From NCBI GenBank assembly GCA_965223415.1, contig OZ245002.1:640001-704000 (forward strand): a stretch of 64,000 nt of DNA, in the 5' to 3' direction. The stretch is from Myxococcota bacterium (GTDB lineage: Bacteria; Myxococcota_A; UBA9160; UBA6930). The notes below the pieces were generated by a model. The model was not told the origin of the DNA. It searched no databases and saw only the letters and a list, made by a program, of their open reading frames with translations. Shown one piece after another: positions 55,421 to 64,000 of this stretch (the first letter of the stretch is position 1; each line of letters starts with the position of its first letter). The translations under genes and the position numbers were made by a program.

Positions 55421-56671
55421 CTACCCGGAAGCGGAACCGACCTCCACCGGCAGGTTCTTCGGCCGGCGGAAGAAGCCGGTCGGCTCGAACTCCATCAGGT
55501 CGTCTCGCACCCGGGAGCCGGGGGGCAGGATCTCGAGGGCCGCCTCGACCATGGCGCCCATCTCGCCGCGGGCCAGGTTGGCGCCGAGGCAGTAGTGGGG
55601 GCCGTTGCCGAAGACGGTGAGCTCCCGGCAGTCCCGGTCGATGTCGAAGCGGTCGGGGTCGTCCCAGACCTCCGGGTCGCGGTTCGCGCCGGAGAAGGAG
55701 AGCATGAGCATCTGGCCCTTGCGGATCGCCTGGCCCCGCAGCTCGAAATCGCGCAGCGCGTAGCGCGGCAGCCCGCCGACGCCGCCGAAGCCGAAGCGCA
55801 TGATCTCGTTGACGGCGTTCGGGACCAGCGCGCGGTCGGCCCGCAGCCGTGCCGCCTCCTCCGGGTGGTTCAGCAGGGTGAGGATCGCGACCATCCCGCC
55901 CAGGGCCGTGGTCTCGCTGCCCGCGCCGATCAGTCCGGTGATGAGGGTGATGATCTCGTTGTCGGCGAGCTTCTCGTCCCCCTGGGCGCGGATGAGGTCG
56001 GAGATCAGGTCCTCGCGCAGCGCGTCGCGCCGCTCCTGCGCCAGCTCGCGCACCCAGGTGGCGAGCTCCGTGAACGCCTCCTCGCTCGCCTTCTTCACCG
56101 CTTCCTCGGCGAAGGAGAAGAAGCCGCGGATCGTCGCCTGGGCCAGCTCGCGGAAACGCACCTCGTCGTCGCCCGGCGGCACGCCGGTGATGCGACTGAT
56201 CACCACGTTGGGGATCGGACTCGTGAAGTCGTTCATGAGGTCGAGGACCTCGCCGGGGCGGTCCCGCAGCGGCGCGGCGTGCTGCTCGACCACGGCGCGG
56301 ATCTGCTCGTCCATGCGGCGTACCGCCCGGGGCGTGAAGGCCGCGGACACGAGACGCCGCACCCGGGCGTGATCCGCCGGCGCCATCGCGAAGAGCCCGT
56401 TGTCCTCGGACCAACGCACGATCGAACCGGGCTCGCCGCGGGGTACGTGGTGCTCGTAGGCGCGGCGGTCGTTGGTAACGTTCTCGGGATCGTTGAACAG
56501 CCGCTTCACGTCGTCGTGGCGCGTGACGAGCCAGAACCCCAGGCCGGGCACCAGGTGCACCGGATCCTCGGCGCGCAGGCGATGGACGATCGCGTTGGTC
56601 TCCTCCGGGTCCTCCGCGCGAAGCGCGTCGAAGAAGGGATCCTCCGGGGGATCGGGCATGCCCGCGACCAT
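55421..56671 (-). CDS. Cytochrome P450
   Basis: AGSETT, EIMR, ANRDP, FGNGPHYCLG. Confidence 0.95.
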   Translation of the reverse strand: MVAGMPDPPEDPFFDALRAEDPEETNAIVHRLRAEDPVHLVPGLGFWLVTRHDDVKRLFNDPENVTNDRRAYEHHVPRGEPGSIVRWSEDNGLFAMAPADHARVRRLVSAAFTPRAVRRMDEQIRAVVEQHAAPLRDRPGEVLDLMNDFTSPIPNVVISRITGVPPGDDEVRFRELAQATIRGFFSFAEEAVKKASEEAFTELATWVRELAQERRDALREDLISDLIRAQGDEKLADNEIITLITGLIGAGSETTALGGMVAILTLLNHPEEAARLRADRALVPNAVNEIMRFGFGGVGGLPRYALRDFELRGQAIRKGQMLMLSFSGANRDPEVWDDPDRFDIDRDCRELTVFGNGPHYCLGANLARGEMGAMVEAALEILPPGSRVRDDLMEFEPTGFFRRPKNLPVEVGSASG

Positions 56672-56762
56672 GGCCACCTCCTTGCTGGGGAAGCCTACCT
56701 GCTTGCGGAATCCGGTTGCCACACGGGGACCCGGTGCCCATGATGCCCGCAGGAGGTGCCCC

Positions 56763-57323
56763 ATGTCCGAGACCCCGACGATTCCCGATGGACCCCCCGC
56801 GACCCAGCGGAGCTTCGGCGAGCGGCTGATCGGTTCGCTGATGCTCGATGCCAGCGTCTACGAGGAGGTGGAGCACGATGCCACAGCCATGGGGCAGGCC
56901 GCGGGGGTCGTAGCCCTCAGCGCCGTCGCCGCCGGCATCGGAACGGGAAGCCTCAGCGGCCTGATCGGCGGCGTGCTGGCGGGCCTGCTCGGCTGGGTGA
57001 TCGGAGCGGCCGTGGTGTGGCTGGTCGGAGTGCAGCTGATGGGCCACAGCTCCGACATGCCCGAGCTGCTGCGGGCCCTGGGCTTCGCCTCGGCCCCGGG
57101 CGTGATCGCCGTCCTGGGGATCATCCCTGTGGTGGGATGGCTGGGCGTGATCGCGGCGATGGTCCTCTCGCTGATCGCCTGGGTGCTGGCGGTCCGGCAG
57201 GCCCTGGACGTGGACACGGGCCGGGCCGTGGTCGTGTGCATCCTGGTCGTCCTCGCGAGCATCGCCATCCGCTTCGTGCTCGCGGCTCTCGGCCTGGGCA
57301 TGCTCACCGCCGCCACCGCCTGA
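56763..57323 (+). CDS. YIP1-family membrane protein
   Basis: YEEVEHD, LLRALGFASAP, AVRQALD. Confidence 0.75.
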   Translation: MSETPTIPDGPPATQRSFGERLIGSLMLDASVYEEVEHDATAMGQAAGVVALSAVAAGIGTGSLSGLIGGVLAGLLGWVIGAAVVWLVGVQLMGHSSDMPELLRALGFASAPGVIAVLGIIPVVGWLGVIAAMVLSLIAWVLAVRQALDVDTGRAVVVCILVVLASIAIRFVLAALGLGMLTAATA

Positions 57324-57370
57324 AGCGGTGGCTGCGGTATCCTCCGCCGCCCGAGAGCAGCGGAGGACCC

Positions 57371-57862
57371 ATGGCCGAGAAGATCGAGATCACCGACGAG
57401 ATGCAGGCCGCGGTCGGCGTCGAGGGCGCCCCGTGGACCTACGAAGTCACCACCACCAGCGTGCGCGCCTTCGCCCGGGGCGTGGGCTACACGGACCGCG
57501 TCTACTTCGACGAGGCGGCCGCCAAGGCCGCCGGCTACCGCTCCCTGCCCTGCCCGCCCACCTACCTGGGCACCCCGATCTTCATTCCGGGCGAGAGCAA
57601 CGACACCTTCAGCGGCCCGAAGAACACGGGACCGGGCGTGAAGCACGGCCTGAAGAACGTCCTCGACGGCGGCACCGAGACCGAGTGCTTCTCCGACATC
57701 TGTGCCGGTGACACGCTCACCGTCTCGTCCAAGGTGGCGGACCTCACCGTCCGGGAGAGCAAGACCACCGGCCAGATGCTGATCGTCACGAGCGAGACCA
57801 CCTACGTGAACCAGGACGGCGCGGTCGTCGCGAAGCAGCGCGGCCAGGGCCTCTTCTACTAG
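57371..57862 (+). CDS. MaoC-like dehydratase, N-terminal (HadA-like) subunit
   Basis: VRAFAR, AKAAGY..PPTY, AGDTL, YVNQDG. Confidence 0.85.
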   Translation: MAEKIEITDEMQAAVGVEGAPWTYEVTTTSVRAFARGVGYTDRVYFDEAAAKAAGYRSLPCPPTYLGTPIFIPGESNDTFSGPKNTGPGVKHGLKNVLDGGTETECFSDICAGDTLTVSSKVADLTVRESKTTGQMLIVTSETTYVNQDGAVVAKQRGQGLFY

Positions 57863-57878
57863 GCGACCCGGAGCGACC

Positions 57879-58298
57879 ATGCCCCTCACCTACGACGCAT
57901 TCAAGGAAGGTGACGCCCTCCCCGAGCTGAAGAAGGCTCCGGGGGTCACCCAGCTGGTGAAGTACGCGGCCGGCGGCGGCGACTTCAATCCCCTCCACCA
58001 CGACTTCGCCTTCCCCCAGAGCAAGGCCCTCGGCTCGATCATCATCCACGGCCGCTTCAAGTACGCGGCCCTCGGCGAGCTCGTCTCCAACTGGCTCGAC
58101 CACGGCGGCAGGATCAAGAAACTCGCCTGCCAGTACCGGGGCATGGACCTGCCGGACAAGGAGATGACCCTCGGCGGGACCGTGAAGCGGAAGTGGGAAG
58201 AAGGCGGAGAGAAGCTGGCGGAGCTCGAGCTGTACGCGAACAATGCCGAGGGCAAGAACACGACGCCGGGCAGCGCGATCGTCTCGCTGAACGCCTAG
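57879..58298 (+). CDS. MaoC-family dehydratase (HadB-like)
   Basis: YAAGGGDFNPLHHD, IIHG. Confidence 0.85.
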   Translation: MPLTYDAFKEGDALPELKKAPGVTQLVKYAAGGGDFNPLHHDFAFPQSKALGSIIIHGRFKYAALGELVSNWLDHGGRIKKLACQYRGMDLPDKEMTLGGTVKRKWEEGGEKLAELELYANNAEGKNTTPGSAIVSLNA

Positions 58299-58472
58299 AA
58301 CGCGGGGTCGTGCACGCGCGGGCGCCCCGGGCGCGCTAGTCCGAAGACGGATCGGCCTCGAGCTGCGCAAGGGCGCCCGGAGCGCGGCCGGCCAGGAGCG
58401 CTCACAGGCGTTCCAGGTCGTCCTTCCGGCGGGCGGACCTCCGGCACCCTCTCAGGCCGTGGATCCGGCCAC

Positions 58473-59300
58473 TCACTCCTTGGTGCGATAGTCCCCGAAC
58501 TTCGCGTCGCGCTTGTCGAGGGCGTGGGTGACGCCCTTGGCGAACTCCTTCAGGTAGTCCCGGGACGATTTCTGGTGGAAGGCCAGGGCCTGGATCTCGG
58601 TGCCGGCGCGGATGGCGGCGCGCAGGCCCATGATCTCCATGGCGCGGTGGACGCTGCGCTTGTTCAGCTGCTGGAGATCGCTCGGGATCTTGGCGATGCG
58701 CTCGGCCAGGTCGAGGACGCCCGCCTCGAGGGCGTCGTTCGGGAAGCAGCGGTTGGCGAGACCCATGCGCACCGCCTCGGCGCCGTCGACCGAGTCGCCG
58801 GTGAGCATCAGCTCCATGGCGTTGCGCATGCCCGCGAGCCAGGGATGGAACTGGCTGTCCGGCGGGCTCATGAGCCGTACCGGCGGGTAGCCGACCTTCG
58901 CGTCCTCGGAGACGTAGGCCAGATCGCAGGCGGCCATGAGCTCGGAGCCGCCGGCCAGGCAGTAGCCGTGGACCTGGGCGATGACGGGCTTCTGGAGGTC
59001 CCAGATGCGGAAGGCGCCCTCGACCACGTGACGCGGCCAGAAGCCGTCGCCGCCGGCGCTGAAGAAGGGCTGGTGCTCGGCGTTGTTCGAGCCCAGGTCG
59101 TAGCCGGCGGAGAAGCACTTGCCGGCGCCGCGGATCACGGCCACGTGGACCTCCGGATCGCGGTCGGCGGCCTCCAGGGCGTCGAAGAGCTCGCCGCGCA
59201 GGCGGTTCGAGAGGGCGTTGCGCTTCTCGGGCCGGTTCAGGGTGATCCGGCGGACGCGGGGCCGCGGATCGTCCACCAGGATCAGCTCGTAGTCGGTCAC
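58473..59300 (-). CDS. Enoyl-CoA hydratase/isomerase
   Basis: LNRPEKRNAL, FSAGYDL, KPVIAQVHGYCLAGG. Confidence 0.9.
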   Translation of the reverse strand: MTDYELILVDDPRPRVRRITLNRPEKRNALSNRLRGELFDALEAADRDPEVHVAVIRGAGKCFSAGYDLGSNNAEHQPFFSAGGDGFWPRHVVEGAFRIWDLQKPVIAQVHGYCLAGGSELMAACDLAYVSEDAKVGYPPVRLMSPPDSQFHPWLAGMRNAMELMLTGDSVDGAEAVRMGLANRCFPNDALEAGVLDLAERIAKIPSDLQQLNKRSVHRAMEIMGLRAAIRAGTEIQALAFHQKSSRDYLKEFAKGVTHALDKRDAKFGDYRTKE

Positions 59301-59348
59301 GGGGATACACCTCCGCGCCGCAGCGTAGCGCCGTTGTAGAATGGCCCC

Positions 59349-60497
59349 ATGACCACCCTCCCCCGCGCCGCCCTCGCCGTCGTCCTCGCGCTGGCCGTCG
59401 GAAGCTGCCTGCCGGCGGCGGACCGCCGTATCGAAGTCGTGAACCTGAACCTGCTGCACGGCTTCGACTGCGACCCGCCCTCGCCGGCCCAGGGCGACCA
59501 GTGCCGGCTCGGCGAGCGCGTCGACCTGCTCTTCGACCACGTGGTCGACGCCGGCTGCCCGGACCTGGTGACCCTTCAGGAGGTGATCGACGCCCCGTTC
59601 GTGCTGCGGGGCGGCGGCCAGGCGGTCGGCCCCCTCGATTCGTCCCTCGCGCTGATCACCGCCGGCCTCGACGGCGCCGAGGCCCGCTGCGGCTTCCGCT
59701 ACGAGCTGGTCTTCGCGCCGATCCCGATCGGCCTGATCCAGGTGACCGACGAGGAGCTGATCCTGAGCCGCTATCCGGTGCTGGACAGCGAGACCCGCCT
59801 GCTCCACAGCGCGCTCTTCGTCCCCGGCGGCTTCCCTCAGCTCTTCGCGCGCCACGCGCTCTACGTCCGCGTCGACCACCCGACCGGGCCGGTCGACGTC
59901 TTCACCACCCACCTGGCGTCGGGCTCCGACTTCGCGACGAACGCCTGCGACTCCTTCGCCGACCTCGGCTCGGGCGTGACAGCCCGCGTCGCCTGCCCCG
60001 CCGAGTGCGACCCGGCCGGCAGCGTGCGCGAATGCCAGGCGCGTCAGCTCGTGCTGTTCGCGGAGGAACGCCACGACGTGGCGCACCCGGCTTTCGTGAC
60101 CGGCGACCTCAACGCCGAGCCCGACTCGCCGGAGCTCGCCGAGCTGCTCGGCGCCGGCTGGATCGACAGCCACACCGAGGTCGCCGCCCAGGCCTGCGGG
60201 ACCGAGGGCATCGGCTGCACCTCCGGCCGCAGCGAGACCGGCGGGGACCTGGAGGACCCGGTGCTGAACGTGGATCGACGAATCGACTACGTGCTGGTCC
60301 TGCCCCCCGGCGAAGGGGCGGCCTGCGCCGGCGAGCTGGTGCCGGAGGGAACCGGCCTCTTCGCCCACGAGCCGAACCCGTTCGCACCCGCCTGCGGGCC
60401 CGCACCGCTTCCGGTCTGCTGGACCTCGGATCACAGCGGAAACCGCGCCGAGCTCTCCTGCGACCGCCTGCCGCGCCCGTCGGACGCGGCGCCCTAG
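59349..60497 (+). CDS. Endonuclease/exonuclease/phosphatase family, exported, Cys-rich
   Basis: NLN, LQE, ILSRYP, THL, GDLN, RIDY, SDH. Confidence 0.85.
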   Translation: MTTLPRAALAVVLALAVGSCLPAADRRIEVVNLNLLHGFDCDPPSPAQGDQCRLGERVDLLFDHVVDAGCPDLVTLQEVIDAPFVLRGGGQAVGPLDSSLALITAGLDGAEARCGFRYELVFAPIPIGLIQVTDEELILSRYPVLDSETRLLHSALFVPGGFPQLFARHALYVRVDHPTGPVDVFTTHLASGSDFATNACDSFADLGSGVTARVACPAECDPAGSVRECQARQLVLFAEERHDVAHPAFVTGDLNAEPDSPELAELLGAGWIDSHTEVAAQACGTEGIGCTSGRSETGGDLEDPVLNVDRRIDYVLVLPPGEGAACAGELVPEGTGLFAHEPNPFAPACGPAPLPVCWTSDHSGNRAELSCDRLPRPSDAAP

Positions 60498-60505
60498 CCC
60501 GGTCG

Positions 60506-60787
60506 CTAGCGGAGCGCCTTCTGCACGCTGCGCTTCAGGCGCAGGGCGTCCGGCGCGAGCTTGCGGTCGTCCATCTTGAGGAGGTAGCGGTCGAGGCCGC
60601 CGTGCTTCTGGACGGTGCGCAGCGCGCGGGTGGTGACGCGCATGGCGATGCGCCGGCCGAGGGCGTCGCTCTGCAGGTGCACGCGCTGGAGGTTGGGGTC
60701 GAAGCGCCGGCAGGTCTTCACGTTGGAGTGGGCGACGTTGCGCCCGGCCTTGGGTCCCACGCCGGTGAGCTGGCAACGCTTGGGCAC
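60506..60787 (-). CDS. rpmB: 50S ribosomal protein L28
   Basis: KRCQLTG..GRNVAHSN.KT.RRF.PNLQ..GGLD. Confidence 0.95.
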   Translation of the reverse strand: MPKRCQLTGVGPKAGRNVAHSNVKTCRRFDPNLQRVHLQSDALGRRIAMRVTTRALRTVQKHGGLDRYLLKMDDRKLAPDALRLKRSVQKALR

Positions 60788-61038
60788 TACTTGCCCCCCT
60801 TGTTGCCGTAGCGCTTGCGGAAGCGGTCGACGCGGCCCTCGGTGTCCATCGAGCGTTGCTGGCCGGTCCAGAAGGGATGGCTTTCGGCGGAGATCTCGAG
60901 CCGGATCACCGGCAGCTCCTCCCCGTCCACCTCCTGGGTCTTGTCGGAGGTGAGCGTGGAGCGCGAGACCCACTCCCGCCCCGTCGCGTTGTCGACGAAG
61001 AGGACCTTGTGGTAGTCCGGGTGGATCCCTTCCTTCAC
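60787..61038 (-). CDS. rpmE2: 50S ribosomal protein L31 type B
   Basis: KEGIHPDY..V.F.D..EISAESHPFWTG..DTEGRVDRF; no Cys. Confidence 0.95.
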   Translation of the reverse strand: MKEGIHPDYHKVLFVDNATGREWVSRSTLTSDKTQEVDGEELPVIRLEISAESHPFWTGQQRSMDTEGRVDRFRKRYGNKGGK

Positions 61039-61040
61039 GG

Positions 61041-61346
61041 CTACCAGCTCGACTTGCGCATGCCCGGCAGCTCGCCCCGCAGCGTCATCTCGCGGAGCGC
61101 GATCCGGCTGAGGCCGAACTTGCGGTACACGGCCTTCGACCGGCCGCTCACCCGACAGCGGCGGGTGAGGCGCGTGGGGCAGGAATTGCGGGGCAGCTTC
61201 GCGAACTCGGCCTGGATCGCGTACTTCTCGTCCACGCCGAGCTCGGGATCCTTCAGCCGCTTGCGCAGCTCGGCGCGTCGCTCGGCGTACTTGGTGATCA
61301 GCCGGCGGCGCTTGTTGTCGCGCAGCACCTGGGACTTCTTGGCCAT
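61041..61346 (-). CDS. rpsN: 30S ribosomal protein S14, long zinc-free form
   Basis: [33 protein letters not shown], 101 aa. Confidence 0.95.
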   Translation of the reverse strand: MAKKSQVLRDNKRRRLITKYAERRAELRKRLKDPELGVDEKYAIQAEFAKLPRNSCPTRLTRRCRVSGRSKAVYRKFGLSRIALREMTLRGELPGMRKSSW

Positions 61347-61436
61347 CCGCGAATATCCTTCCGTCCGCCCCTCTGGGGCGAGAGCGGCGGAGGTTAGAGG
61401 GCCCGGCGGGGGACCGCAACGCGCCCCCTGGGGAGT

Positions 61437-62414
61437 TCAGGGCTCCAGGACCACCTTTCCGGTCGTTTCGCGGGCGGCCAGAGCCCGCAGGGCCTCGGCC
61501 GCCTGCTCGAGGGGATAGCGGGCCTGGATCGCGGGGCGGATCCCCCCCTGCGCGTAGAGCCTGAAGAGGGCGTCGAACACCTCGGGGACCCGCGCGGGCT
61601 CGTGCTCCCAGTAGGCGTTCCAGTGGAGCCCGACGAGGGAGATGTTCTTGAGCAGCACCCGGTTCATCCGGGGCGTCGGGATCGTGCCCGAGGCGAAGCC
61701 GATCACCAGCAGGCGCCCGTTCCAGGCGATGCACTTGAGGGAGCGGTCGAAGGTGTCGCCGCCCACCGGGTCGTAGATGACGTCGGCGCCGCGGCCAGCG
61801 GTCTCCTCCATCACCCGGTCGACGAAGTCCTCGCGGCGGTAGTCGATCAGCACGTCCGCGCCGGCCGCCCGGGCGACTTCGAGCTTGTCGGGCCCGCCGG
61901 CGGTGGCGAGCACGCGGACTCCGAGGGCGCGGCCGATCTGCACGGCGGCCGTGCCGACGCCGCCGGCCGCCGCGTGCACCAGCAGGGTCTCGCCGGGCTG
62001 GAGCCGCGCCCGGTCGACGAGCGCCGCGTAGGAGGTCGGATACACGATCGGGATCGCCGCCGCCTCGGCGAAGCTCATGGCCTCCGGGAGCTTCCACGCG
62101 TGGGTCGCCGGGACCGCCGCTCGCTCCGCATAGCCGCCGGTGCTCTCGAGCGCGCAGCAGACCCGATCCCCCGGCGCGAAGCCGTGAACGTCCCGGCCGA
62201 CCTCGCGCACGACGCCCGCCGCCTCGCCTCCGGGGACGAAGGGAAGCGGTGGCTTCACTTGGTAGCGGCCGCGGCAGATCAGCGTGTCGAAGAAGTTGCA
62301 GCCCGCCGCGCGCACATCGACGAGCAGTGCACCGGGCACCAGCGCCGGCTCCGGGGCCTCGGACACGCGAAGCTCGTCGGGCTCCATCAGCCGATCGACC
62401 ACGACCGCTCGCAT
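61437..62414 (-). CDS. NADPH:quinone oxidoreductase (MDR family)
   Basis: YQVKPPLPFVPG, HAAAGGVG, DPVGG, IGFASG, GKVVL. Confidence 0.95.
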   Translation of the reverse strand: MRAVVVDRLMEPDELRVSEAPEPALVPGALLVDVRAAGCNFFDTLICRGRYQVKPPLPFVPGGEAAGVVREVGRDVHGFAPGDRVCCALESTGGYAERAAVPATHAWKLPEAMSFAEAAAIPIVYPTSYAALVDRARLQPGETLLVHAAAGGVGTAAVQIGRALGVRVLATAGGPDKLEVARAAGADVLIDYRREDFVDRVMEETAGRGADVIYDPVGGDTFDRSLKCIAWNGRLLVIGFASGTIPTPRMNRVLLKNISLVGLHWNAYWEHEPARVPEVFDALFRLYAQGGIRPAIQARYPLEQAAEALRALAARETTGKVVLEP

Positions 62415-62468
62415 CCGAACGCCCTCCTGCGCTGCCCGCTCCGCAGCGGCGGACTATGCTAGCCGACC

Positions 62469-63371
62469 ATGCGTCTCTACCTGCTGTTGGTCCCGTTCCT
62501 GGCCTTCGTCGCCGCCTGCGCGACACCGCTCCCCCAACCCGTCGACACGGGCCAGCTGGTCTTCTGGGAGATCCGGCCGCCGGAGGGCGACGAAGCCGTC
62601 GCCCACCTGCTGGGTTCCGTCCACCTCGGCCGCGAGACCCTGGACTTCGACCCGGCGGTGGACGCCGCCCTCACCGAGGCCTCGCTCATGGTCTACGAGA
62701 TCACGCCGGGTGCCATGGACCCGCAGCTCATCGCCGTCTCCCTGATGGAGATAGGCCGCCTGCCCGACGGGCAGCGCCTCCCGGAGCTCCTCTCCGAGGG
62801 GACCTGGGAGGCCTTCGAAGAACGGTTGGCCCAGGCCGGCGTGCCGGCTGCGGGCTTCGCCATCTTCGAGCCCTGGGTGGCGATGTTCCAGCTGCTCGGC
62901 ATGAACCTGGCCGAGGCGGAGCTCGACCCGGAGCTGGGCGTGGAGCAGCAGCTCGTTCGGGCGGCGGGGGAGACGCCGACCATCGGCCTCGAGACCGTGG
63001 AGTTCCAGCTCGGCCTGTTCGATGCGCTCCCGCTCGAAACGCAGATCTTCCTGCTCGAGGACGCGATCGAGAGCGAAGACGAGACGGCCGACGCCGTCGG
63101 CCTGATGCTCGCCGCTTGGGAGGCGGGCGATCTCGGCCTCCTGGAGAAGCTGATCGCTCCGAAGCCGGACCAGCCCCACCTGGTCACCTTTCACGAGCGC
63201 GTCTTCCTCGAGCGCAACCGGAACATGGCCGAGGGTGTGGCCGATCTGCTGAGCGAGCCGGGGCGCTACTTCGTCACGCTGGGCGCCGGACACACGCTGG
63301 GCGCCCAGGGCGTCCCCGCGCTGCTCGACGCCCGGGGCTTCCGCGTGCGCCGCATCCCGCGGAGCCACTGA
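62469..63371 (+). CDS. TraB/GumN family lipoprotein
   Basis: AAC lipobox, LGSVH, GVE, GLET, ERNRNM, GAGH. Confidence 0.9.
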   Translation: MRLYLLLVPFLAFVAACATPLPQPVDTGQLVFWEIRPPEGDEAVAHLLGSVHLGRETLDFDPAVDAALTEASLMVYEITPGAMDPQLIAVSLMEIGRLPDGQRLPELLSEGTWEAFEERLAQAGVPAAGFAIFEPWVAMFQLLGMNLAEAELDPELGVEQQLVRAAGETPTIGLETVEFQLGLFDALPLETQIFLLEDAIESEDETADAVGLMLAAWEAGDLGLLEKLIAPKPDQPHLVTFHERVFLERNRNMAEGVADLLSEPGRYFVTLGAGHTLGAQGVPALLDARGFRVRRIPRSH

Positions 63372-63376
63372 GCCCG

Positions 63377-63925
63377 ATGCAATCGATCGATCCGAACGCC
63401 TGGATCGCCCCCAGCGCCGAGCTCTACGGCCGCATCCGCGTGGCCGAGGGCGCCTCCCTGTGGCCCCACTGCGTGATCCGCTCGGAGTGTCAGGAGGTGG
63501 TGGTCGGCCGGATGACCAACCTCCAGGACTTCGTGATGGTCCACGTCGGCTACGACCAACCGACCCACATCGGCGACTTCTGCTCGATCACCCACCACGC
63601 CACGATCCACGGGGCCGTGATCGAGGACGACTGCCTGATCGGCATCAACGCCGTCGTGATGGACGGTGCCGTGATCGGCCGCGGCTCCATCGTGGCACCG
63701 GGAGCCGTCGTCACCGAGGGCGCGCAGGTTCCGCCGGGCTCCATCGTCGCAGGCGTTCCCGCCAAGGTGATCAGGCAACGCGACAACATCTCCGAGAACC
63801 GGCTCAACGCCTGGAACTACCATCGCAACGCCCTGGCCTATCGCCGGGGCGAGCACCGTGCCTGGGACGGGGAGGACTTCGCCACCTTCCAGCGCGAGAA
63901 GCGACGGGAGCTCGGCCTCGACTGA
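63377..63925 (+). CDS. Gamma carbonic anhydrase family
   Basis: NLQD..H, ITHHATIHG, hexapeptide repeats, GVPAK. Confidence 0.9.
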   Translation: MQSIDPNAWIAPSAELYGRIRVAEGASLWPHCVIRSECQEVVVGRMTNLQDFVMVHVGYDQPTHIGDFCSITHHATIHGAVIEDDCLIGINAVVMDGAVIGRGSIVAPGAVVTEGAQVPPGSIVAGVPAKVIRQRDNISENRLNAWNYHRNALAYRRGEHRAWDGEDFATFQREKRRELGLD

Positions 63926-64000
63926 GGCGGGGGCCCTACTCGCGGGTCCAGCTGCCGGACTCCAACGGCTCCCGCCAGGGACCGTCCCCGGACACGAGGA

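Noticed and set aside
62469..63371. Conjugation gene (TraB)
   Set aside because: TraB/GumN protease-like family; no T4SS or relaxase nearby
63936..64000. 3' end of a minus-strand gene at the right edge
   Set aside because: Only ~20 codons visible; cannot be called

Overview
Very GC-rich (roughly 70%+ by eye), gene-dense bacterial window with about 63 intact-looking CDSs. Gene content (PEP-CTERM, F420 enzymes, many lipid-metabolism enzymes, Coq4-like proteins) suggests a Myxococcota/Deltaproteobacteria-like organism; that is inference. Contents: a nucleotide-metabolism end (tandem NrdR-like boxes, PurO-like, hpt), PQQ and cytochrome c propeller proteins, and a secreted somatomedin-B/lipase-like protein with a membrane-anchored partner. 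It also holds an isolated tmRNA 3' fragment, a stand-alone AlgI/AlgJ O-acylation module, several deletion-scarred pseudogenes, and an mddA plus methyltransferase plus STAND-regulator cluster. Further on are a lipase/foldase pair interrupted by a small Cys-rich gene, one complete IS5-family element with TTAG duplication, a KDSR-like SDR, a sigma54 PEP-CTERM gene, and a zinc-free S14-L31B-L28 operon. No CRISPR array, rRNA or complete tRNA was seen. All protein calls are from motif recognition by eye; no searches were run.
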